59,338 nt of DNA from Parvularia atlantis (taxonomy: Eukaryota): positions 1-59,338 of the forward strand of contig CALSCO010001064.1 of assembly GCA_943704415.1 (NCBI GenBank). The letters are read 5' to 3'. The position numbers were made by a program, and so were the translations under genes. Every line of letters starts with the position of its first letter. Position 1 is the first letter of the stretch. Under the pieces are notes generated by a model. The model made no database searches, had not been told where the DNA came from, and was given only the letters and a program-made list of their open reading frames with translations. Shown here piece after piece: positions 38,901 through 49,200 of this stretch.

Positions 38901-41152
38901 ATGGCCGTGGCTGCAAAGCCGTGGTCGCGCAGCTCGCACTCTGTGTGCTGCCGCAGCCGCGCGAGGCGCTCGCGAATTTCTGGCAGGACGTCGGCGCCCC
39001 AGACCATGGCGCACGGCTCCTGGCGCTCGCGCACGACGTCGGCGCGCGCGATGCCGTACGCCGAGAGGATGGACGAGTGCTGGTGGATGAAGATGCGCTT
39101 CATGCCGAGCTTGCGCGCGATCGCGCAGGCTGCGTGCATGCGTCGTCAGTCGTTGCCGACTGGGTGCGACCAGCACACCGTGCTGCGAGCCCGCGCCGCC
39201 AAAGCACGCGAGCATGTGCTGCTTCGTGTCGTAGCCCTTGGCCTGCGTGAGCGCGCGGATGGGGCGGCACATGGCCTCGTTGGCGACATTGATGAAGCCG
39301 AACGCGATCTGTGTGGGCGCGCACGCGCGTCAAGCGTCGGCGAGCAGTGCAGCCCGCGCACATCCGTGCCTCATCAATGCTCATGGGTGCCTGGCCGTTG
39401 GCCGCGCTGTATTCGGTGATCTCGCGCTGCAGCATCGCAAAGGCGGCATGCGTGGCTGCGGCGTCGAGCGGCTGAGATCGCGCGTATTAAGCGACTGCGT
39501 TGTCTCGGCGTGCTGACCGCGCACCTGGTCCTCGGTCGGGCCAAAGATGTGCGGAAAGTACTCGGGCAGGAGGCGGCCGAGCTGCAGGTTGGCGTCGGTC
39601 ACGGCGAGCGGGCCGCGCTTGCGGTAGCACACGGGCCCCGGGTGCGCCGACGCCGACTCGGGCCCCTTCGCAAGCACTTTGTCAGCGAGACGCGGACGCG
39701 CCGCACGCGTCGGGGGGCGCACCACAACAAACATGCCCGAGCGGAAGAACAGGCACGAGCCGCCGCCAGCCGCCACGGTATTGATGTCCAGCTGCGGCGC
39801 CTGGATGGTGATGCCGGCCTGGCGCGAAGTGCGGTCAGCGTTGCGGCGCATGTGGCGCACGCGCACCGTCGTCGTCTCGAACACGTGCTCAAACGTGCCG
39901 GCGTAGCGCGAGACGTCGGTCGACGTGCCGCCCATGTCGAAGCCGATGACGGGCGCTGCGCCGCGCGAGAGCATGAGGCGGCAGTCGCACACACAGAAAC
40001 ACGCGCACCGTTGCCCGTGTGCTCGCCAAAGGTCGTGTGCGCGTAGCCGACGACACCACCGGCCGGCCCGGACAGGATCGCGCGGAAGCCGCTGTACGTG
40101 CACGCACTGTCGGCTTGCGCATACAACAAGAATATGGGCATTGCGCGCACACCTGAAGCTGTCGACGGGCGCGAGGCCGCCGTCCGACTGCATGAAGAGC
40201 ACGGGCACGTCCTTCAGGCCCACGTCGAAGCCCGCAACGAAGCCGTCGATGTAGCGGCGGATGGCCGGCGTGAGGTACGCGTCGGCGCAGGCCGTGTACC
40301 CTGCAAGCTGCAGTGAGCACGTGGACAAGGTCTGCGCGGCGCGCACCCCGCGGGACGATCTTGACCATGGGCATGACGTCGGACGAGAGCGTGACGTGGG
40401 TGAAGCCGAGCTCGCGCGCGAGTGCGCCGACCGCGCGCTCGTGCTCTGCAAAGGTGTAGGCGTGCATGAACACGACGGCGACGTTGTGCAGCCCGTCGGC
40501 GCGCAGCGTCTGTTGTCGCGCCACGTCAGCCGCGCGGCGACCGCGAAGGAGGCGCGCGCACCAGAAGCTGCTCGCGCACGGCGGCGAGGTCCGGCCGGCG
40601 CACGACGCGCAGGCGCTCGCCCGTGAGGCCCGTGACGACGTCCTGGTCGTTGTCGTCGTACACGTCGCGCGGCACGAGCTGGACGCGCTCGTCGACCTCG
40701 ACGACGCGCTCGTAGATGAGCTCGGGCACGGCGATCTCGAGGTCGAAGATGCGCGGGCGCGCCTGGTTGCCGATGTGGAGCAGGTCGCGGAAGCCGCGGG
40801 TGATGAGCAGCGCGCAGCGGTCGCCCTTGCGCTCGAGCAGCGCGTTGGTCGCGACCGTCGTGCCCATCCGGATGCTCTCGATGCGCGACGTGTCGAGCGG
40901 GCGCTCGCGCGGGTGCGCCACGCCCGTCACTGCCGCGCGGCGCCGTCAGCACATCCGGCGCTTAACTGCCACTGAAAGCGCCGCACCCTCCTCGAGGATG
41001 CGCCGGATGCCCTCGCGCGGCGCATCGGCGTACGCCGGGTCGACCGACAGCAGCTTGAGCACGCGCGGCGCCCGCCCAGCCCCGCCCTCGGCCAGGACGT
41101 CGGTGAAGGTGCCGCCGCGGTCGATCGCAAAGCGCAGCCTCTCCGTCGCCAT
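35920..41152 (-). CDS. OPLAH: 5-oxoprolinase (ATP-hydrolysing, fused hydantoinase A/B type), multi-exon
   Basis: [82 protein letters not shown] and C-terminal [13 protein letters not shown]. Confidence 0.97.
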
Positions 41153-41179
41153 GCCTGCAGCCCCACTCGCTATCGTGCG

Positions 41180-41300
41180 AAACTCGCCACCACGCTTTGT
41201 GTATTATCATCGAGTATGGAAAGAAATTCGCCGCCAAGCTGCCTCACGTATCAATCGACATAGCGCAAAACTCGCCACCAAGTTGTGTATCACCGCACTC
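41180..41300. promoter_or_regulatory. Bidirectional promoter (OPLAH/tepsin) with three copies of AAAYTCGCCRCCA at 44-bp spacing
   Basis: Copies start at 41180, 41224 and 41268, in an AT-richer stretch between divergent start codons. Confidence 0.55.
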
Positions 41301-41409
41301 GCTGTATACGCAATATCACCAGAGAGAGGTCGGGCACGTTCTGCCGCGCGAGCTCCACCTGACGCGTCGCGCGCGCCGCAGGAAGGCCGTTGCGGGTCGC
41401 GGGGGGACC

Positions 41410-44364
41410 ATGGCGTTCGACTTCATCACCGACGCGGCCAAGAACGGTGCGCGCGCGGGCCAGTTAAGCGGCGGCGTGCGCGGCCTGAGGCGGGTTGCGC
41501 GCGGCAGTCGTCGCCGCGGCCAAGCAGCGCCCGGTGCTGTTCAAGGCGACGTCGGACGACGACGCGCCGACGCCGGGGTGCGGGGCGGGGCGCGCGCGTG
41601 CGGCGACGGTGTGGCTCAACTGGGGCGGGGGCCAGGTACATCTACGAGGAGATCTCGAAGCTGACGTGGGAGGACGGGGACAAGAGCACGGACGTGCTCA
41701 CATTCCTGCTCAAGCGGCTGGACAAGGACTCGCCCGCGGTCAAGCTCAAGTGCCTGCGCGTGCTCAAGTACTGCGTCGCCAAGGGGCATGAGTCGTTCCA
41801 CCGTGACCTCCAGCGCAACGTCCAGCCGATCAAGAACGCCACGCGTGCGTCGCTGGTCGTGTGCTGGTCGTGTGCTGGTCGTGTGCTGGTGGTGGTGGTG
41901 GTGGTGGTCGTGCTGGTGGTGGTGCTGCTAGTGCTGGTCGTCGTGGTGCTGCTAGTGCTGGTCGTCGTGGTGGTGCTCGTGGTGCTCTGTCGCTGTCGCT
42001 CTTTCTCATTGCCTTTTGCACTGCTGTCTCGTCTCTTTCGCTTCGTCGTCTTGTCTGCTTCGTCTGCTTCGTCTCCTCCTTCCGTCGACTTGCGCCCTCA
42101 GACCACACGACCTCGCCATTGTCCGCAATCGCGCCCTCATGAACCGCATGATCTCACCATCGTGTTCGCCGCTCCTCAGAGTTCCGAGGCCAGCCCGATC
42201 CGCTGCGCGGCGACGCACCGGCGCGGCAAGTGCGCGAGGCGGCGACGGTGCGTGCGCCATACCATCAGCGTCGTCAGCCAACGCGCGCGCAACCCGCAGG
42301 AGCTGCTGCAGATCGTGTACGAGAACCCGGCGTCGATCCGCCGCGAGCGCCCCAAGACGCTCGCCGAAAACACGAGCAACGCGCCCGTCCAGGCCGCGCC
42401 CGTCCAGACTGCGTCCGTCTACCGCTCGCCCTCGGCCGGCCCCGCCCCCGCCGGCCCCAGTAGCACCGTGCAGTACAACGACGACGGCTCGCGCAAAATG
42501 TGGGGCCACGGCAACCCCGAGTACCACCACCACACCGGGTCGCAGACCAATCTCCTCGAACGCCTCAGTGACAAGCTATCGAGCGCCGCTTCGGCCGCGG
42601 CGTCGTCGCTGTCGTCGGCGTCGTTCATCCCCGGCGGCGCTGTGCGCCCGATGACCGTGCGCGCCTGCACTGCGTGACACGGCTCGGCGTGCAGCAGCTC
42701 ACACCCGCGCGCACACAGGCATCGAACGGCTCGGGCTCGTGGGCCTCGGCGCCGCACGTGCAGCACCCCGTCGCGCAGGCCCAACCGAGCTACGCGCAGA
42801 CGGCGTCGAGCGCCGCCGCCCAGGCAGCCACCAACAGCTACAACCAGGCGCGGTACGGCCAGACCTCGCTCAGCTCGAGCGAGGACTTTGCGCAGCGCAG
42901 GCCGGGCGAGGTCGGCGGCGGCTGGGGCAGCGCGGCTGCGCCGCCGCTGGCGTCGAGCAACTCGTTCACGGTGCCGCCTCGGCTGCTGTTCCTGCTGCTG
43001 CTCGCTGACACGGTGGACCGCAGCGTGCGACAGGGCGTGCACAGCCGGCAGCGGTTGCCGCCGACGAGGAGGAGGACGACGACGACGATGACGAGGAGGA
43101 CGACGATGACGCAGAGCACGCCCCATCCAACGGCGCTGCGCCGCACCTGCAGCTACCGCAGCAGCCGCTGGCGCCTGCGGCGACCGACCCCAACTCGCTC
43201 GAGTTCCGCACGGTCAACGACATCACGCGGCTCGGCGTGCGCGCCCACCCGACGCGCGAGGCCCTGGCCGAGTTTTGCCAGCGCTGCCGCTCGATGAACG
43301 CGGTGTTTGTGGCCGCAGCCCTCGCGCAGTGCCTCGAGGGCGAGGAGAGCGCGCCGCAGCTGGTGCGCCTGCGCTGCGGGTTGCGCCGCCGGAGGGCTGA
43401 CGCCGGCACACGCAGCGAGCGCTGTACGTTATTGAGGCAATCGCGACCGAGAACATCGCCAAGGTCGTGCAGGAGCTAAAGCGGCACGCGAGCCTGCTCG
43501 CCCGGCTGCGCATGTCGCCCAAGAACAGCGTCGCGAGCAAGGCCGTCAAGGTCTGCCTGCTGCTCGACATCGAAGACGTGCCGCACGAGGACGCACCGCA
43601 GCAGCATCAGCAGCAATTCCAGGACACACTGCTGCCGCTGGGCTCGCCGCAGCAGTCCCAGGCCGTCGCCGCCCCGGCAGCGTTCAGCATCTGGGACGAG
43701 CCGGCCCTGCCGTCGCCCGTGCGCCAGACGACCACGTGCGTGCCGTGTCGCGTAGAATCTCGTCGACTGACGCAATGCACACCTCGTAGACCGACGAGTG
43801 CGCCCGTGGGATGGACGGGCAGCAGCCCGCTGAACTTGATCAATACGAGCCCCGCGCCGGCCAGCGCGCCACTACAGCAGCAACAGCACGACGACACGGA
43901 TGTGCTATTCTCGGGCATGTCGCTGCGGACAGACTCGCTCGCGTCCACGTCCTCGTCCTCTTTCAACTTTATCGGCTCGCCCACGGCCGCCCAGCCGCCC
44001 GTCGTCGCCGGCGGCGCCTCGGCTGACCTGCTCGACGTCAACCTGAGTGCGACGGCGCTGGTACGCTCGCTGCCTTTGGGCTGTGCGTCGCCGCTGATGC
44101 CGGCCGTAGATGCAGCGTTCGGGCGCCAACCTGGCCGCGTACATGCCACCGCCGCTGCCGGGCGCGGGCGGCGGTGTCGCGATCAACCCGGCCATGATTG
44201 AGCGCACGACATACACGCCCAACTACATGGTGACCGCGGCCGCGCCGACGTCTGGCGGCAGCGCGTCGTCGTCGTCGGGCTTTGGGTTCATGGGCGCCAA
44301 GCGCGACGCGTTCGACTTTGTGCAGGACGAGATCCGGTCGTCCGCGGCCGCCAAGAGGCCGTGA
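41410..44364 (+). CDS. TEPSIN: Tepsin (AP-4 accessory ENTH/VHS-like protein), multi-exon
   Basis: KATSDDDAPTPGYIYEEI, VKLKCLRVLKY, FRGQPDPLRGDA..VR.AA, a second domain GVRAHPTREALAEF, and C-terminal LFSGMSL and S(S/G)FxF motifs of the type known to bind AP-4 ears. Confidence 0.9.
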
Positions 44365-44429
44365 GCGCGGTGTGTGTCTGTGTCACTCTCGACGGGCGAA
44401 AAACGGTAGGCTTTGCGACGACCTGCCTG

Positions 44430-45908
44430 CTACAGCCCAGGCAGCGCGACCTCGCTCACGACGGCCGCCTGCCGCCACCGCACGCGCCCGTCACCGTCCG
44501 ACTCGGCGTGCACCTGCACCGTCAGCAACACGCGCAGGCCCTCGGCGCCGGCCCAGGCGCGCTGCAGCACGCCGAGGTGCCGCCGCACGGCCGCGCGCGT
44601 CCACCCGTCGGGCGGCGGCGGCGCGTCAGGCGGCTCACCGGCGCTCTCGAGACTGGCGCGGACGAGGTCGCCAAAGGCCTGGCGGGTGAGGTGCAGCGTG
44701 AACTCGGCGCCGTGCGCGCCGTCGGCGACCGCGACGCGTGCCGAGCGCAACATCTGAGCGGGTGATCAACTGGAGGGCGAAGCGGGCGGGACGCGCGCGC
44801 ACCATCGACACGTCCGCGCCGGCGCCGCAGTCGTGGCACTTGTAGATGGCGTTGGCGTCTGCGCTCAGCACGGCGTCGCACGCGCGGCAGGCGACGCAGA
44901 CGAGCTGCTCCCAGGTGGCCTCGCCGAGCTCGATGGGGCGGTCGAGCGCGCAGCCGTCGAACCACAGCCGGCGCAGCGCCGTGTCGAGCCGCGCCGTGCC
45001 GGAGAAGGACGAGCCGAGGAGGGCGGTGCACGACTCGAAGCAAAACGGGCGGTCGGGTTCGCGGAGGCGCGCGCGCTTCCACGGCTCGTCTGGCGTCGCG
45101 GCAATGGCGGCCATCGAGTCGAGCGAGTCGCCGAGGGGCTCGAGCATGTGCGGCACGGTGCGGGCGACGAAGCCGGCGAGGTCGTCGGCGTATGTCTGCA
45201 GCGCCGTGTCGGGCGGGCCGAGCCGCTCGTCCGTGTGGCGCGCGTCGCGCGTCGTCCAGCGGCGGCACAGCTGCAGTTGCGTCCGCGCGACCGACGAGAG
45301 CGTGAGACGGCCCTGGAAGCGCTTGACGAGGACGTCTGCGCGTTCGCGATCAGTAGACGCGCGGCAGCAGGCAGGCGGCGCGGCGTACTGCGCACAAGCA
45401 CGACCGAGCCCGGCACGAGGCGCTGCAGCGCCGGGAGCAGCGCTCGCCAGCAGGTGAGGACGCAGCAGCCCGAGCGGTCCGTGACGACGGCCGTCTGCAG
45501 CGCCGTCTGCTGCCCGGCGCCGCGGCCGCGCGCGAGCGTGATGGTCGTCGGGTCCTGGACGCGCACGACAGCGACGAGCGCGCGCTGCACGACGCGCCCC
45601 TCGTGCGCCGCGAGGTCGCCGAGCGCCACGCAGCCAGGCGGCACGGGCGGCGGCGGCGCCGTTGACGCACCGAAGGCGAGCGCGGCCACGACTGCGTCGG
45701 CGTGGTGCTGCGACTGTTCTCGCTGCTCGACCAGGTCCTGCTCGTCGTCATCGTCATCGTCGTGCTGCTGCTGCTGCTGCTGCCGCTGCTGCTGCTGCTG
45801 CTGATCGTCGCCACCAGGCTCAAGCTGCACCTCGCGCCACGTGCGGCGCCCCGCCGACGCCGGCCGATCGAGCCGCGGCGCGCCGACAAAGACGAGCACC
45901 GTGCTCAT
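44430..45908 (-). CDS. Shieldin subunit 2 (SHLD2/FAM35A)-like OB-fold protein, three exons
   Basis: N-terminal VLVFVGAP..WREVQL, an OB fold (LVAVVRV..VVTDRSG..LTCW..LVPGSVV..VKRFQG) and a C-terminal OB with Zn ribbon (FSGTARL..CRAC..DANAIYKCHDC). These resemble human SHLD2 motifs as recalled (HIFWGAP; CAKC..DENRIYKQC). Confidence 0.72.
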
Positions 45909-45915
45909 CGCCTCG

Positions 45916-45966
<51 letters not shown>

Positions 45967-46166
45967 GGGCGATCAGCGGTGGCGCTACCGGGAACAGGCG
46001 CGCCGCGCACCGCACACGCCACCAGCCGCTTCAGCGCCTCGGCGCACCCGCCCGCGACGTCGCCCGCGATCGCCCGCGCCGTGCACGCCTCGAGCGCCTC
46101 CTGCTCGGCCCGGCAGCGCCTCGTCGTCGCGGCGCAGTCGTCGCACGGCTTGGAGGCGTCCGTCAC
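45905..46166 (-). CDS. Small CxxC + twin-CX9C (CHCH/GCK-like) protein with putative GTG start, one intron (46010-45962) and poly-Gln tail
   Basis: KPCDDC-x6-C-x9-C-x12-C-x9-C. The 49-nt intron has a GTGCGC donor, CTGAT branch point and CAG acceptor. The spliced frame ends QnRTRR-TGA at 45907-45905. No in-frame ATG exists upstream, and ACC-GTG at 46166 has a good Kozak-like context. Confidence 0.6.
45920..45964. repeat. (CTG)15/(CAG)15 microsatellite at the intron acceptor between the CX9C and SHLD2-like ORFs
   Basis: Perfect trinucleotide run. Confidence 0.9.
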
Positions 46167-46237
46167 GGTAGTCGCGATGCGCGGGACCCGCGACGTCACA
46201 AAACTTGTGACACAAACTGCAGCATTTCTTCACTCGC

Positions 46238-49200
46238 TCACTCGCGGGTCTTGCCCGCGACGTAGGCCGCCACGTCGGGCGCGTCGATGCCGTGCGCGGC
46301 CGCCACGCGCGCCGCGTCGCGCGCCACCAGCAGACCCGAGACAAAGTCCGGGCAGGTGTCGCAGCGCCGCGCAAAATGCAGCAGCGCCGCGACCTCGGCA
46401 GCGGCGTCGTCGGCGGCGTGCACGGCCAGCACCGCCTCGGCTGTCTCGCGGTGCGAGCTCTTGGTCTGCGTGAAAAACTCGCGCGCCATCTCGCCGTATT
46501 CAGCCGCCTTGGCCGGCTGCTGCACCGTGCGGTAGATGTACGACAGGTCGAGCGACGCCAGGCCTTGCGGGCGCCGTGCGTAAGCTGCCCTCGCCGTGCG
46601 GCCGCAGGTTCACGCACGCACCCTGCGCGTGCAGGTTGTTGAGCCGCTGACCCTCCTCGAGCGCCTCCATGAAGCTCGCGATCGACTCGTCTGCGCGGCC
46701 GAGCGAGAACTGCGCCGTGAGCCGCTGTCAGCGCGAGCCCCGTGTGCGTGCAGGGCGTGCCTGCGCCAGCGCCACGGCGATCAGCGCAAAGACCGACTTG
46801 TGCTGGCCCGTAGCCACGCAGAGGTTGTTGAGCTTGGTAGCGATGTCGATCGTCTGCTCGGGCTCGTTGCTGCCGCGACCGCGTCCCGTGAGCCGCGATA
46901 CGCAGCAGCCACTGTCTGCTCACACGCGCACCGGATCGCGTGGCAGACGTACTGCGCGTTGTACGCCGAGATGCGCCACTCGTCCACGTTGAAGCGCGCC
47001 GCGCGTTGCTGTCGCGGCCCGTCAGCGCGATGCGCGTCGCAGCAGCCTGAGGCGCGTGCGCGCACCTGCATCTTGTCGACGAGGCGCAGCGCGACGTCGA
47101 CCTTGGGCTCGGGCGAGAAGACGGCCGCGAGGGCCATGATGAACTCGCTGCGCAGGCACACTCGGTCAGGCGGACGCACCGCAGATGGGCGCGAGCTCGG
47201 CGGCACCTCTGCGTCAGGTCGTTCATGAGCAGGTAGTCGTCGATCTTGTCCTCGCCGCCCTTGCTCTCGACGGCCTTTGTGAGCATGTCGAGCGCGGTCT
47301 GGCCGTGCAGCTGCGACTTTTCCGGTGCGGCCTGCGGCACGCGTGAGCCCCCAAAGTACATGCAGGGGTGCGCGCACCAGGTAGCGATACACGACCGAAA
47401 GCGACACGTGCGCCTTGGCCGCGCGCCAGTAGTCGCCAAGCGCGACGGCGCGCTTGATGGCCTCCTCGCACACCGCGACCGCACCCTCGGCGCCGTTGAG
47501 CGCGAGGATCTGGCCGCGGCAGAGGTACCACAGCATTGCGAGCTGCGCGTCCTTGACCTGTGCGCACGCGAGTCAGAGTCAGCTCAGGCGTAGCTTACTT
47601 GCGCGCGCACCTTGCCCGCGAGCGCGTCCAGCGCGCCCAGGGCGATGCCGCGGTGGCCCTCGTAGCCCATCGTCACAACGACCGAGTCGATGATGTTGAC
47701 GTGCTGCGCGCGCGGCAGTGCAGTGAGCACGCGACGGTGCAGCTGTGCGCACCTTTAGAACGCACCTCACGGAAGCGCACGTTGTCGTCGACCGACGCGA
47801 GCACGCGCATCGCGTCGTCGTGGTCGCCCGCTTTGACGAGGTGGTTGAACTGCTCTGCGTGCACACGTTGCGCCGCCAGGATCAGCATGCCGCACAAGCT
47901 GAACCGCTTGCCGCACGCACCGAGGAACGGCTGCACAAGCTCGAGCGAGTAGTTCTTCTCGGTGATGGGCACCTTGAGGCACGCGTAGTAGGCGGCCGCA
48001 CGTCGCTCGAGCGCCACACGGTCCGCCTCGCTCAGCGCCGAGTAGGCAAACTTTGTGTCGAGCGGGTGCAGCGACCTGCGTCAGCGAGTGAGTGCGAGAC
48101 AAAACGACGAGGCAGCAGCGCCCGCACACGGTGCCTTGCGCGCGCTGCACCGACACAAGGTTTGCCACCGCGAGGCGCTTGATGATCGACACGACGTCGA
48201 CCGAGACCCCCTGCCGGCCGCACGATGAGCGCCGACGGCCAGCAGCCCAGCACCGCGCAGCGCACCTGTGGCTCGACCATGAACTGAATCGCTGAGATGG
48301 GCACGACGGCGCCAAAGACGGCCAGCGCCTCGACGATCAGGCGCGCGCGGCGGTCGAGCCGCCGGAACGACTGCTCGACGAGATCGCGGACGGCGTCCGA
48401 CGTGCCCTGCGCGAGCTGTCAGCGCTCGCTTCACGTTGCTGCGCGGGCGCACACCTGCGCAAAGAGGCTCGTGGTGAGGTTGTCAGGCGTCATGAACGGG
48501 TCCGTCGCGAGCACGGTCGAGATCACCTCGAGCCCGCGCGGCAGGCCCTGCACGAGGTTGACGAGCTTCTCCTGCGGCAACACGTCTGAGCGCGCGCAGC
48601 ACAGTCACGGTCGACGGCAGGGAAGCACACCAGCGTCTCGCGGCTGGCCGAGGCGAGGGCGCAGTCGCCGGTCACGTCGAGCTCGCGCAGCAGCTGCACG
48701 GCGTCGTCCATCGGCAGGCCCTCCTGCGCGCACACTCGTGAGACGCTGCACGCGCGCAGAGTGGTGCGGGCACCTCGAGCTTGACGTTGACCGTCGCGTT
48801 CTTACTGCCGGCGTCGACTGCGAGCGGGATGCGCGACGTGAAGATGAGTTTGGCCGTGCAGTGCGGGCCGGACGCGAGCGCGGCGTCGGTGAAGGCCTTC
48901 ATGCTCGCGCACGTGTCCTGGACGTGCACGATGCGTGAGGCGTAACGTGCGCATGCCGTGAGTGCGCCAGCGCACCAGGAACCGGCCCTCGTCCGTCAGC
49001 AGGTCCTCCGCATTGTCGAGGTAGATCACGTACAGCTTGCCCGCGAGCTCATGGAACTGGCGCGTCGGCGTCAGCTCGGCGCGGGCGCGGGCGCACGCAA
49101 CGCACCAGCAGCGCGCACTTTTGCTCGACCGTGAGCGTGTCGTCGGACCACGCCTTGGTCACACGCTCGCCCGCGGCGCCGCCGAGCATCTTGCTGTGTA

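Noticed and set aside
41180..41300. Repeat-spacer pattern resembling a mini-CRISPR
   Set aside because: There are only three imperfect 13-bp motifs with partly similar spacers, which is better explained as a promoter repeat.
41860..42000. Poly-Val/Leu hydrophobic segment in ORF 40716-42677 suggesting a membrane protein
   Set aside because: It lies inside the 41845-42179 intron, and splicing restores the conserved tepsin sequence.
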